From NCBI RefSeq assembly GCF_018350175.1, contig NC_058369.1:23438001-23502000 (forward strand): a stretch of 64,000 bases of DNA, written 5' to 3'. The stretch's first letter is position 1. Each line of letters starts with the position of its first letter. The position numbers and the translations under genes are program-made. The notes beneath the pieces are model-generated. The model worked only from the letters and a program-made list of their open reading frames with translations, had not been told where the DNA came from and made no database searches. Below are positions 11,970 to 23,815 of the stretch, piece after piece. Source of the DNA: Felis catus (Eukaryota).

Positions 11970-13387
11970 CTAAGAGGAAGCATGATATATACAATAAATA
12001 AAAGGGTCATGATTTGCAAAGGGGCCAGCTCATTCTGAACCAATTGTCTCCCGTTTTCCTGGGCTGTAATTACAGACATTAATTTGATTTATCACACTGG
12101 GCTGGGAAAGATCTTGCAGTTTGCAGAGATTAGAGAGTTGTGAAATCTGTGACCCCCCAAAGTACTTTGACCAAGTGCAGACAACACATTTCAGATCAGG
12201 TTTATTATTGAAGTGGCTATTTCCAAAGAGAAAGATGAATTGCTGAAAATAATACTCTCAAAAACCTTTCCCATCCATTTTTCAAAATGACACTCTGATT
12301 TTAAAGGTAGGCATTAATTAAGCAGCCCCAGTTACTACTAACAATAGCAAATGAAAATTCCTGAATTATTATATTTCATTAAAGTAATTGTCAAGTTCTT
12401 TAAGTAATTGGAACATTTTTCTAAAACAAGAAAAACAAAACAAAAATACAACAACAACAACAAAAAATCCAGAAGCTAGCCTCCATTGTTAATATTACTT
12501 ATGAAAAAGATGTGTGGATATCTGTCTTTCCTTTTTTCCATTGTTTTATATGTGTGTGTGTGTGTAGTTGACTTTTTGGATATATCTATAAACTAATTAA
12601 CGTATCTGTCTAAGCATTCATAGGATGGAAATTAGCTGTAAATGCATTATTGTAATGGCAGTAAAAACAATTCTTTGTAGTGATGATTCTCATTTTAAAA
12701 GTAGATATCAGCAATTAAATATCAATTATTTAATTATGTCTTATAAAAGAAATAACGTTAAACTATTTGCTATTTTTTCAAAGTAAAGAGCCAGCCTGTG
12801 CTAGTTCCAGAAATGGATAACATTAATAAAGACCATTAATTGATTGCCTACACTGTGCTGAGGGCTTGCCATTTGGTGTCACCTCTAAAACACCTCTATG
12901 TGCCCCACACAAGGACCAGCTGTGAGTTCTGGGAGGGCAGGAACCCACATATGCTTTGCTCACAATGTACTTCCAGTGCCTGGCACATCATAGGTACTCA
13001 ATATTTCAATGGGTGAATGAATACATATCTTGGGTCTGAGGCTTTCCAGAGGTTGAGAGTGACCTAGGATGTTTTCTTTTTTTTTAATTCCTCAAATTCT
13101 TGTATATTAAAAACATTGAGAAAATATGTCTTGTACCCAAGAACTATTTTTATAGTCTCCTGCATCCCTCCTGCCCCCAAGATTGTATGGTATGATGGCA
13201 AAGCTCTAGATAGACTATCCTTTGTGAATAGGGGGCTTCATTTCTCTGCACTGTCCCCCTTCCCCTCACCTACCCCATGAAAGACCTGATTTGCACCCCA
13301 CCCAAGGTGGTTTCTGGGCAGGATGACGATGTTAGAGAACAGTCTTCCCATAGCCCTGACTGTGCCCCACATCCTGGCATGACTCAC

Positions 13388-14146
13388 CCTGCAGGATTTT
13401 ATGATCTGATAATCTGGACCATTATCACCATTTCTAAGACAGTTGTAGCCAAAAAAGACATAATCTGTGTTTAGTAGGAAGTCTCATTAAGCAGAGGTAC
13501 TGGGAAAAGGATGGTGTCGGTGGAGGGGAGTGGGGGTTTTACACCAATAGAGTGGTGAGAAGTAGGGAGGCCATGCAGAGGAGGACTCTTTAAGAGTGAA
13601 AGGGGGTGATGCTCATTTCACTCAGACAGCAGGCAACACCAGGGCTGTCATCTGAGGAGGTCACACGGTAAGGTTTGTTCTGTTCTTCAGTTCCTTTCTG
13701 TTTAGTGTGTTTTGCTCTGTCTTCTGGAGCACTGAAAATCACATTCGTCTGTTGGATCATGAACCCCTTAAGGAGCTGGAGAAAGTCATGCCCCTTCTTC
13801 CCAGGAAAATTCACAAGTCAAAGGCCCACAAAATAGCCTTTATCATGTCCAGGGGTTTGTGAACTGACCCCCATTCATCGGTTCTGAAATCACAGACCTC
13901 CCGAACCTTGAGGCATCTTTAATGATTTTCAAAGCAAGTCTTTTACACCATAGTGTGGCATTCCACTTCCCCTGTATTTTTTTTCCCTTTCCGTTGCTAA
14001 ACCACAATGTTACCTTAGCAGACAGAATATTAGGCCAACATGCTGAGCCAATGGATGCCAAGCCAGTGGTTTTTCCAGAGAAAAGAGCCACATGAAAGCC
14101 CCCTGAGCTGCATCCCTGTATTTGTAATTGTTTAGTGGTTGAGGAA
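13388..14146 (-). pseudogene. Relic exon(s), counterpart of the GREB1 helicase-like Walker-A region
   Basis: One frame reads FMWLFSLEKPL...L*LVNFPGKKGHDFLQLLKGFMIQQTNV versus GREB1 VMWASSFRPLL...LLLSGPPQIGKTGAYLQFLSVLSRMLVRLTEV. Ends NCLRNGDNGPDYQIIKSCR versus QCHQYMGFHPRYQLYESTLH. Donor agg|GTgagt. Confidence 0.7.
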
Positions 14147-14372
14147 CTGGAGAAAATAACAGCCAATAGGTATACAATTTAAAATTGCAGAGGGGATAGG
14201 AGCAGCTAAAATGATAAAATGTCTCCAGTTTTGGAAATGAACAAATACTTGAATCCATTGAGAAACCCAATTATTTTCATTTTGGTTTTATTAGAGGATC
14301 ATATAATTTCCAAATGTACAAAGAAGGTTAAAAAAATAGTAAAAGAAAAAAAAAAGACTGGGGGAAGGTTAC

Positions 14373-14883
14373 CATTTCAGGGAGGTCTCCCAAGAATGTG
14401 GGGGAACCTTTCCACAAGGTTGAATCAGAATCAATAATTGCCTAGAAAACATCTCCCGGAAGCACAGTGGTATTTAATTAACAGAATCCCCGTTCACAAG
14501 AAAGTTCTGGGCAGCCCTGCCAAGCGCGTGTGTCATGGAGAGAAGGCAGAGACGTTGACTGGGAGAGAACTCCATTAAGAGAAGAAGAACCATCTGTCAG
14601 TTTAACTTCCTCTGCATTTCACTGGAAATATTTCTCATTGTCATGAGAAGTCTCTGGGGTCTCTAGTGAGGACCTCCTTCCTTGCTGTGAACTTAGGCCT
14701 GAATGAATCTCTTATGCCCCATTCCTCCTCGGCTGGGTGATCCCCAGAAAACAAACAGGAGATGGGCAATTGACTACTCTCGTGATAGGGCCATGCATGC
14801 GAGAGGAGGCCCCTTGGGGGCTCCATGCTTCCTGCGGCCTCTTACACCTTCTACTCTTGGAAGTTGGCTGTCTGGCTGCAATT
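14373..14883 (-). pseudogene. Relic exon
   Basis: Acceptor ctttcaatcattgacAG and donor GTaacc. The 3' part reads TTVLPGDVF*AIIDSDS..., just upstream of the MWxxSxxPL exon as in GREB1. Confidence 0.45.
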
Positions 14884-15239
14884 CTGTCAATGATTGAAAG
14901 GCAGCCTCAGTTGCTGGTTAGGTATGTGTGTGCATGTGCATGGGCTGCAGGGAGGGACATGAGGCCTGACAACCTTGAACGTGCCCCTTCCAGACAACAC
15001 CCAGAGAAGCAAAACTATAAGAAAGGAAAATGGGGGACATGAGAGATTTTCCATATTAGCTGATCCTCTGGACAAAAGAATTTGATCACTCCCATGGTTT
15101 AGCCCACCTCTGGATCAAAAAGCATATGACCATTTTGCAACCCCCATAAAATAACCCTATTCAAATATAAATCAAGAATGGATACACATGGTGCTAACGT
15201 ATTATTACAGACACTTGCAGCTCAGAAGTGGAAAAACTG

Positions 15240-15945
15240 TCTCTGGCATTGCCTTAAGTAGAGATTGATTTGACCATGTGTTGTGGTGGGGACACCAGAC
15301 ATAATGGGTTCCTAACTGAAGGCAGTGGGAAGTACCTAGCATCACTAAGGAAGTATTCATGGCAAAAGTGTTAAGGATCCTAAAGCCCAGTTACAGGAAA
15401 TGAGGAGGAGGCAACGAGTTTATCAACACCGTGAAGAACCAATTAAACAAATCCAGAAGGTGGGACATTCTACAGGACAAGTGGCCTGATCTCTTTAACA
15501 AGTTGAAATGTCTTGGGAAAATGAACTAAGGGTGCTAATGAGGGCGTATGCTGATTCAAAGGGACTCAAGAGAAATAATATAATAAGATGCATGACTCTG
15601 ATTGAATCTTAGACAAAGAACAGCTATAAGAGATTTTGGGGAACAATGAGGGAAATGGGAACATAGGCTGGGCTTAAATGATAATAGGGCCATTGTCAGT
15701 TATGTTAGGCAAGACGCTGACATGGGCTTATGTAGAACAAGGTCCTTCTTCAGGATTCATGTTGAACTTTTGTAGGACAAGATGTCTTCCTGTCTGTAAT
15801 GGACTTCAGTGTCAGGAAAAGAAAATAGATTACTCAAAATGGCAAAATGGTAGCATTGCTAAATGTAGGAAATGGGTTTGTGGGTGTTCATTATCTCATG
15901 CCTTACTTTTCTGTTAGAAAATTTTAAAAATAAAACATCGTAAAA
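15240..15945 (+). mobile_element. Old L1 3' UTR fragment (L1MC/ME-type)
   Basis: aaacaaatccagaaggtgggacattctacaggacaagtggcctg…ggcaaaatgg…gtgggtgttcatt…aaaataaaa. Confidence 0.65.
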
Positions 15946-16302
15946 AGTGGGGGAAAATACAAGAGCATTTCCCAGAAGAGAGGCAAGATGTAGAGAAGGC
16001 AGGAGCAGCTAATGGCAACAGCCATTTACAACCAGGGAGTAATGCCAGAGAGGATACGAGTGTGTGGCTCCTGTTATGCCACCTTCCCTCCCCTCCCTAC
16101 TTCTACCTTTCATGGCTCCCCACTACCCTTACCTTACCACTACCCTTACCTTAGCACGAAGCACAGCCGCTAAGGACCTACACCAACGGGCCCTGCCTGA
16201 GTCTCCAGCATCATCTGTACACACATGCCCTATCAGTACACCCAGAAACAGTGGTCTCCTCTCCGGTCCTGTGTGCCCATGACGTCTGTCTTCACCACTG
16301 AC

Positions 16303-16455
16303 CTTCCTTCCTAGTGGAACACACCATCCTGCTTCCACCCAGCAGCTTTTTGCATGCTGCTGTTTGCCCAAGCACTTCAGCGTAGGTAGGAGGCAAACCT
16401 TCCCCCTATACACCAAGAAGTCAGGAGAGAAGCTCAGGTCACTTTCTTTGAGGAT
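16303..16455 (-). pseudogene. Relic exon, 153 bp, open, phase 0-0
   Basis: Acceptor ttttaatatattgcAG and donor aag|GTcagt. Translates to ILKESDLSFSPDFLVYRGKVCLLPTLK... Confidence 0.5.
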
Positions 16456-16504
16456 CTGCAATATATTAAAACATGAAGAAATGCTTTAAAAGGTAACAAA
16501 AACT

Positions 16505-16690
16505 GGGGTGCCTGGGTGGCTCAGTCGGTTAAGCGTCTGACTTTTGATTTCCACTTAGGTCATGACCTTACAGTTTGTGAGATCAAGCCCCGTGTTGGGC
16601 TCCTCACTGAGCGTACAGCCTGCTTGGGATTCTCTCTCCCCACCCCCCTCTGCCTCTCTCTCTCTCTCTCTCAAAATACATAAACCTTTT
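16505..16690 (+). mobile_element. Can-SINE
   Basis: ggggtgcctgggtggctcagtcggttaagcg head. Confidence 0.92.
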
Positions 16691-16989
16691 TTAAGAAGGC
16701 AATAAAATTGTATTATTTACTTGTATACACTTAAAAATCGGCTTATTTAAACCAGGCAGATGTACTCATAAAGCAATGACCATATATGCATATGTATTAT
16801 CATTTAGCAACAAAGTCAAATTTAGATTTGAGGCTCTTTTCGAGTATGAAGCCAGGGCCAAATCACTTGCACCCCCTAAGATTCCCTGCTGTATTTTCAC
16901 TGCCAATTTGCTTTCTTTTCCCCCTTCTGGACCATAAGCAACATAGAGTGATATATTAGATTTCTTTTGCTGTTTTAATAAGTAGCCTC

Positions 16990-17300
16990 ACAAGTGTGTA
17001 GGTCAGAAGTTTGGGATGGGTCTCACCAGGCCCCCTGCCTCCATCCATTTCAATGCCGGCAACAGGAAGGCTGTTCCTCGCCTCAATTCTCTGCCTGAAG
17101 CTGGGAAAAGTTCCCTACTTATAAGGACTCGTGTGACTAGATTGAGTCCCATTGGAAAATCCAGGATAGTTTTCCTACGTCAAGGTCCATAACCTTAATC
17201 ATGTCTGCAAAGTCCTTTTTGCCATGTAAGGTAACATAGTAACAGGTTCCAGGGATTAGGATGTGGACATTTTGCAGGGACCTCATTCTGCCTCCCATAA
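16990..17300 (-). mobile_element. MaLR LTR fragment (MLT1C/D-like)
   Basis: aatccaggatag…ccttaatcatgtctgcaaagtccttttgccatgtaaggtaacat…caggttccagggattaggatgtggacat. Confidence 0.8.
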
Positions 17301-17939
17301 GCAGGGACCAAGATTTTCTTTTCATGATATTAAATGTTTTTGATATTAGTGATTATTATTGTTCTGCATTACTCATATTATCGCCCAGCCAATTGCAAAT
17401 CAAGCTCAGTTTTTTGTTTGGCCGGATCTCATTTTATTATGATCAGATCTCACTCCATCTCATACTATGCAGTAAAATGGAAATCCAGGTGATATCCAAG
17501 AGAGGTTTATTGGAGCTCATCAGAGAAAGGGGTGAGTAGCTCTGTGGTATAAGGTTGGCGTTCAAAAGACAAGTAAGCGATTGAGTTCTCAGGAATTTAA
17601 GAGAAAACATCCAAGGTTGAAACATCAAGGGATAGTTATGTTATTATATAATTCAGAATTATGGAGAAGAAATTGGTATAAGGATTAAAATTATTTGATC
17701 TGAGAATTAGAATTCAGGGGGTATGGAGAAATAGAGAAACATGTTAATTTCCCTTATGTGTCCTTCTGTAATTCTGTGCACTTTAGCGATGTGCGTGCAA
17801 TACTTTCAGAATGATTCATTTTTTAATAAATATTAATGAAAGTACGGTCACATTATAGAATGTCGTACAGTTTTTAAAAAGAACAATGAAGATATGTGTG
17901 TGCTCTTTTAAAAAGATCTTTAAGATATGTTATTAAATG

Positions 17940-18175
17940 GGAGGGTCTGGGTGACTCAGTCAGTTGAGCGTTAGGCTCTTGATTTCTGCTCTGGGCATAA
18001 TCTCATGGTTGATACGATTGAACCCCATATCTGGCTCCATGCTGACAGTGCAGAGTCTGCTCAGGAGTCTCTCCCTCTCTCTCTGCCTGCCCCCACTCAT
18101 ACTCTCTGTCTAGCAAAATGAATAAGTAAATAATAGATAGATATGTTATTAAATTAATAAAGAAAAAAAGTAAAA
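17940..18175 (+). mobile_element. Can-SINE (older)
   Basis: Diverged head and A-rich tail. Confidence 0.85.
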
Positions 18176-18714
18176 AATATTGTGTTGAGTACATTCCTGT
18201 TAGTTGAAAATATATAACATTATCTCTATACAGTAAAGCAGATACATATAGGGTATTTTTATGCTTCTGGATGGAATCACAAGAAACTGAAAAACATACA
18301 TGGTTGTATTTTGGGAGAAGCATTTGGTGAGGTATAGGAAAGAGGCTGTCACTTTTCTGGATGACATGACCAGATTGTGTATGTGACTTCTTGGGATCTT
18401 AGAGGGATCCCAGAGGGAGTCTTGGAGATTAATCTTCTGCCCCCTTAACTGGATTCTGCAAGGGACAAGATTGGATTAAAATACTTCTCAAAAGCTTCAA
18501 ATTATGTGCTTTGCCCATGGGCTTCAAACTAAACAATGGAAACAAGTATCCACATAATTTGATGTGAAGGCGTTTTTACTCTTCACTGATTGTGTAGGTG
18601 TGGACATTACATTACTCCTAACCTATTGAGTCTGTAAGTCACAAGGGTTTTCCACTTCTACAGCTGCTCTGATTAAATTCAGAAGTGTGAGAATCCAAAA
18701 CCTTTACCTCCTGC

Positions 18715-18805
18715 TGACTCATTATATTGTACACCTAAAACTAATATAAAGTGTATGTTAATTATACTTTAAATAGATAAATAAATAATAAAAACAAAAA
18801 ACAAT
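18715..18805 (+). mobile_element. Short L1 3'-end insertion with A-rich tail
   Basis: tgtacacctaaaactaatata...aattatactttaa plus an A-rich tail. TSD-like AAAAC(C)TTTAyCTCCTGC at 18697-18714 and 18806-18822. Confidence 0.75.
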
Positions 18806-18822
18806 AAAACTTTATCTCCTGC

Positions 18823-19400
18823 CTGGATCAAAAGCCACCTTCCATAATCTGAATAGATCTCTTCCTAGATTTACTATCTCAGCATATTTCCGTTACTTTT
18901 GTAAGATGTGTACAAATCTGACCCACCATAGCATGAGATCTTGGAAGAAGCACTGTGGGTCAAATGACGTATCCAAGAGCCTTCCTAGGGCTCAATGTTC
19001 AAATGACAAGGAACACTAGAGGAAATTGGGGTTGGTCTTCTTGGGCGTGAGTCAACTTTGCGGTGATCTAATTGGTGTTTCTCGGGGTATGAGGCAGTCT
19101 GACCAGATTGCTCTAGACAGCCTTTTCCCACTGGCAACGGCACAAAAACTAGATGACATAATTCACAGTATAGGAAATTAGGAGCAGATAGGAAACGCAC
19201 ACAGACTACTGTATTTCTTCCAAAGGGAGTGCACATATTGAATAGATTACTAAGGAGGATCCTCAGAATTGGCAAAGTTAATTCACTCAAGAGATAGCAG
19301 CAGAGCCCTGGAGAAGAGGAAGGCCAGAACAGAGGGGTGAGGAGCTTAAAGAGTGGACTAGGACAGGGGCTCACTGGGTTCTGCAAGTTCGACAATCTTG
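18823..19400 (-). pseudogene. Possible relic exon of the extra segment
   Basis: Repeat-free block containing the 136-aa ORF 18985-19395 and a downstream frame LMLWWVRFVHILQK*RKYAEIVNLGRDLF. It ends at a donor (gag|GTaaag) displaced by a short L1 insertion. Confidence 0.4.
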
Positions 19401-19547
19401 GAATTCAGCATCGACACGTTAAGCTAATGGGTCCTTGCCGTCTCAACATCAACACTAAGGCTAATGTCTTAATTATTTTCCATTCCCTATGACAGGCATT
19501 TTTTCCATAGATTTGAATGAAAGAAATTAAGTTGAAGCAAATTACTT

Positions 19548-19974
19548 GTAACCACCCAGAAATTTGGGCTTATGGAAACACTTTAGAGCAAAGCGGCAAA
19601 AGTGGGTTTCCTCTTGGTCTGTCAAGTCCAGCACATCTCTCACGGAGTGGTGGAGCTGTTTCCTTCTCCCTTGGACCAGGAAAAAATATATTTTTGGAGC
19701 TTCATGACTATGCTAAACTGGCCAAAATTTACTCAGCAGTTCCACAGGCAGCCGTGTCTTTCAACACGTCCTCTTTTTCCTTCTTTGAGAAAACATTGGA
19801 AAACTATAGATAGCCTTGTAATAGAGACTTTTTTTCCCTTGAAAGTAAGGATGACAAGTGTATCATTTCCTCAGCTATCCCACACCAGCGGAGACAAAGT
19901 GAGAATGACGTCCGTTGCACAGCTGGAATCGTGAGCATTTGAATTTCCCACGAGGACCCAAGGGCTGCCTGCCC
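19548..19974 (-). pseudogene. Relic exon of an extra, non-GREB1-like segment
   Basis: 90-bp intron and phase-1 junction matching the upstream exon. About 110 codons with 2 stops (GAGSPWVLVGNSNAHDSSCATDVILTLSPLVWDS*GNDTLVILTFKG...). Confidence 0.5.
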
Positions 19975-20064
19975 CTGGGAGGGTTGTGATACCAGGCAAG
20001 CATGGCCACAACCCTCCGGTTGTTCCCTTAGACTAGCTCAAGCAAGGATGTAATACAAGCTTAC

Positions 20065-22272
20065 CTTGATGTATCTGGGTGAAAAATAGTGCCAGGGGCC
20101 ACTTTTCCCTTATAGAGTCCTATCTGATCTCTGGTATTGTTCCCAAATTGCACGTAACTCTAGAAGAGTTCTACAAATACAGTATAATTTTCAGCTCCTT
20201 TAATTGTTCAACAAGCCGTGTTGGGTTGATTGGAATTGCTATGTGAATTCTCCCTTACTTTCCAAAATACTTCCCAATCATGGCACAGAGAAGTGGATCA
20301 TGGCTCAGATCTGGGATGGTAAAATATGAAGATAATGGACTTGACCAATAAACTAATTCTGGTTCTACTGGAGTGAGTGCTCTCCCTCTCACCCTCTCTT
20401 TTTCAGATAAAACATAATTGACCTATAACATTGTATTATTTTTAGATATAGAACACAATGATCTGATGTATATGTATATTATGAAATGATTTCCAAAATA
20501 AGTTTGGTTAACATCCGTCACCACACATAGTTTTCCTGTGATGAGGACTTTAAAGTTCTCTCAGCAATTTTCAAATATATGATACAGTATTTTTAAACTA
20601 AAGTCACCATGCTGGGTATATTATATCCCAGGACTTAATTTATTTTATAACTGCAAGTTTGTATCTTTTGCCTTTACCCATTTTGCCCACCCCCAGCCCT
20701 GCCTCTGAGAACCACCAACCTGCTCTCTGTATCTATAGATTTAGTTGTTTTTTAACTTCTACATATAAGTGATATCATAGAGCATTTGTCTTTCTCTGTC
20801 TGCCTTATTTCACTTAGCATTACACTCTCTAGCTCCATCCATGTTGTCATAAAGAACAAGGTTTCCTTCTTTTTACAGCTGAGTAATATTCCTCTCTCTG
20901 TCTCACTGTATATGTATAATATATATGTGTGTATGGATAAGTGGATAAAGAAAATGTGAGATCTATAGATATATAGATATAGATATCTATAGATATATAG
21001 AACATTTTCTTTATCCACTTACCCATTAACACTTAGGTTGTTTCCGTGTCTACTTTATTGTAAATAATGCTGCAGTGAATATAGGGGTGCTGATCTTTCT
21101 GAGATAGTCACTTCCTTTCCTTCGGATAAATGCCCAGAAGTGGAATCACTGGATCATATGGTAATTCTAGTTTTAGTTTTTTGAGGAGCCTCCGTACTGT
21201 GTTTCACAGTGGCTGCACCAGTTTACATTCCCACTGACGATGCATGAGGATTTGCTTTTCTCCACATCCTCACTACTACTTGTTCTTTCTTGTCTTTTTG
21301 TTACTATCCATTCTGGCGGGTGTGAGGTGATATCTTGTTGTGCTTTTGATTTGCATTTCCCTAATGGTTAATGATGTTGAGCACCTTTCCATGTACCTGT
21401 TGGCCATATGTATATCTTCTTTGTAAAAATGCCTATTCCATATCTCTGTCCATTTTTTAGTCGGGTTTTTTTTTTTTTCTATTGAGTTGTATAAGTTCTT
21501 TACATATTTTGAATATTAACCCCTTAGAGATATAATTAGCAAATATTTTTCCCCATTCCATAGGTTGTCCTTTCATTTTGTGGATTGTTTCCTTTGCTTT
21601 ACAGAAGCTTTTTAGTTTGATGTAGTCCCACTTGTTTATTTTGATTTTTGTTGCCTTTGCTTTTGGTGTCAAATCCAAAAAATCATCACCAAGACTTATG
21701 TCAAAGAGCTTACCTCTTATGGTTTTTTCTAGGAATTTTAAGACATCCGGCCTTGCATTCAAGTCTTACTCCATTTGGGGTTGATTTTTATGTATAGTGT
21801 AAGATAGTGGTCCACTTTCATTCTTTCGAATGTGGCTGTCCAGTTTTCCTGATATCATTTATTGAAGAAACTATTTTCCCCATTGTATATTCTTGGCTCC
21901 AATTTCACAAATTCATTGATCATATATGTATGGGTTTATTTCTGGGATTTCTATTCTGTTCCTTTGATCTATGTATCTGTTTCTATGCCAATACCATACT
22001 GTTTTGATTACTATAGCCTTGTAATATAGTTTGAAGTCAGGAAGAGTAATGCCTCCAGCTTTCTTCCTTTTCTTCAAGATTGCTATGGCTAATTAGGGTC
22101 TTTTGTGGTTTCATATTAATTTTAGAATCATTTGTTCTTTTTCTGTGAGAAAAATACTATTGGAGAGTGCTCTTTTTGGACTCACTGGAGCCAGAAGGCC
22201 ACTGAAGAGAGAGTGGGTGATACAGCAGGGACTCTGCCATCCTATTCTCCTTGGGGCTAGTGCCCAACCTGG
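20065..22272 (-). pseudogene. Relic exon split by an L1 insertion (exon parts 22165-22272 and 20065-20374)
   Basis: Removing the L1 and one TSD gives an open frame SPCCITHSLFSGLLAPVSPKRALTPVEPELVYWSSPLSSYF...IGKYFG versus GREB1 LPCILIFSGMDPHGESLPRSL...NSS...AAYF. Donor caag|GTaagc. Confidence 0.65.
20384..22164 (-). mobile_element. 5'-truncated LINE-1 (L1MA9/L1_Carn-like 3' UTR plus ORF2 C-terminus)
   Basis: ORF 21457-21762 (…LTPKAKATKIKINKWDYIKLKSFCKAKETI…) and ORF 20752-21018 (…FMTTWMELESVMLSEIRQ…) are typical L1 ORF2. TSD GAGTGCTCT at 20375-20383 and 22165-22173. Confidence 0.95.
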
Positions 22273-22465
22273 GAGGTAGTATCGTTTAGTAATTAAAAAT
22301 GTGCTACTAGGATTCTTGTGTGCTTAGGAAAAATAGAACCCTTAATCACTCTAAGATTGTTTCCCTATTTATAAAATGAGGGCATTAACTATTTCAAAGG
22401 ATTGGCTTGTGCATTAAAAGAGGTCATCTTTAAATGTCCAATCCACTGCCTGGCACATAGTAATC
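22273..22465 (+). mobile_element. MIR fragment
   Basis: tttccctatttataaaatgaggg…tgcctggcacatagtaa. Confidence 0.65.
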
Positions 22466-22469
22466 TCTC

Positions 22470-22998
22470 AAAAGTTCTCTTGGCCATCCCCAGACAAAAA
22501 CAGTGGAAGAGCAATTGGGCTCTTGAACGAGAAACTCTTGGTGTTGCTCACGCGAAGGGAATCAGATATTTTTGAACCAAAGAAAGATGTCCGTGCTCTG
22601 ACATTGGGAAGGTGTTTTGAAATCAGGATGAACTGCACATGATGGGTTCCATAAATACAGCCCAACATCTGGAGGTATGGTGTGCACGAGTTGGCTGGCG
22701 ATATTTCTCAAAGGCAGCGGCGGGGCAGTTCAGGGCGTGATGTGTAGCCTGTCAACTGTAAGAAGCGACAGGCCTCCCGAGTGGAGTCCCTGATAAAGGA
22801 GAGTAGTTACAGGCTTATGAACATGATTAAGCACCTTCTACTTATTCTTAATAGAGACTTAATTAAATACAATGTATATTTCCTCGACTGCCTTTGCCAA
22901 AGCGGCAGAGATTCTGAATGGTTATTGCTGCAATTATTAACAAGAACAAATGATTCTAGGAATGATGTTAGGAATTATAATAATGGCACTTGCAGAGG
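22470..22998 (-). pseudogene. Relic exon
   Basis: Acceptor ggttcctcttAG. ESFVLVNN...TLYLIKSLLRISRRC...KHLPNVRARTSF versus GREB1 RTFVLIQH...TLEITQNLLNSPKQC...ERLAHVRARLAL. Relatively CpG-rich. Confidence 0.7.
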
Positions 22999-23581
22999 CT
23001 AAGAGGAACCAATTACAATGCAGACAATATTAGTCTTTCTCCCTCCTTCTTAAATTGGTGGTGAAGGCTAGCTATTAATAGTCACAGCCTCAACTGTTGA
23101 AAAAAAAAACCTCATTCTCTTTTTTATTGAGTCCACGACTAAAAGGAGCCATCCTACAATGTTAGAGCAGTGTCATGAAGGTAACAGCATTATGGTAACA
23201 GTGAAGTGACAGCAAGGGTGATTGCGATTTCCTTCTTTGCTTATCTCTTATCGGATTTTCCACAATGAGCAGATCTAGAGGCTCATTTGTTGGGAGCAGA
23301 AGCCGTGAATCACAGAGATGTGGATTCAAATCCTGGTTGTGCTTTTTTGGTTACTTAACCCTTCGGTCTCACTTCTCATGTCTGTACAACAGAGGAAATG
23401 ACATTCCCACCTTGTGAAGATGACATGAGACCAGAAAGTTATAGGAAGCGCTTGGCACAATGCCTGGGGCACCAGGAAGTCGTCAGCCACTGGCAATCAT
23501 TATTGTGTTTTGGGCTTATCATTATTATTTGTACTTGAAGAAACAAACGTAAGTGAAGACAAATGTGAGAATGAATACACT

Positions 23582-23815
23582 TTAAAATTTTTTTATGTTT
23601 ATTCATTTTTGAAAGACAGAGACAGAGCACAAGTGGGGTGGGGCGGAGAGGTGGGGGGCACACAGAATCTGAAGCAAGCTCCAGGCTCAGAGCTGTCAGC
23701 ACAGAGCCTGTGCTGAGAGCTCAGAGCCTGACGCGGGGCTCGGACTCACGAACGGCAACATCATGACCTGAGCCGAAGTCGGATGCTCAACCGACTGAGC
23801 CACACAGGTGCTCCG
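23582..23815 (-). mobile_element. Can-SINE with short internal duplication
   Basis: Reverse head. TSD-like TGAATACA(C/T)TTTAAAA flanks. Confidence 0.92.

Noticed and set aside
21457..21762. 101-aa ORF as a host gene
   Set aside because: It is an L1 ORF2 fragment.
23111..23274. Additional relic exon (HNAVTFMTLL*HC)
   Set aside because: Weak donor, and the same GREB1 motif is matched better at 22470-22998. Possible but unsupported.
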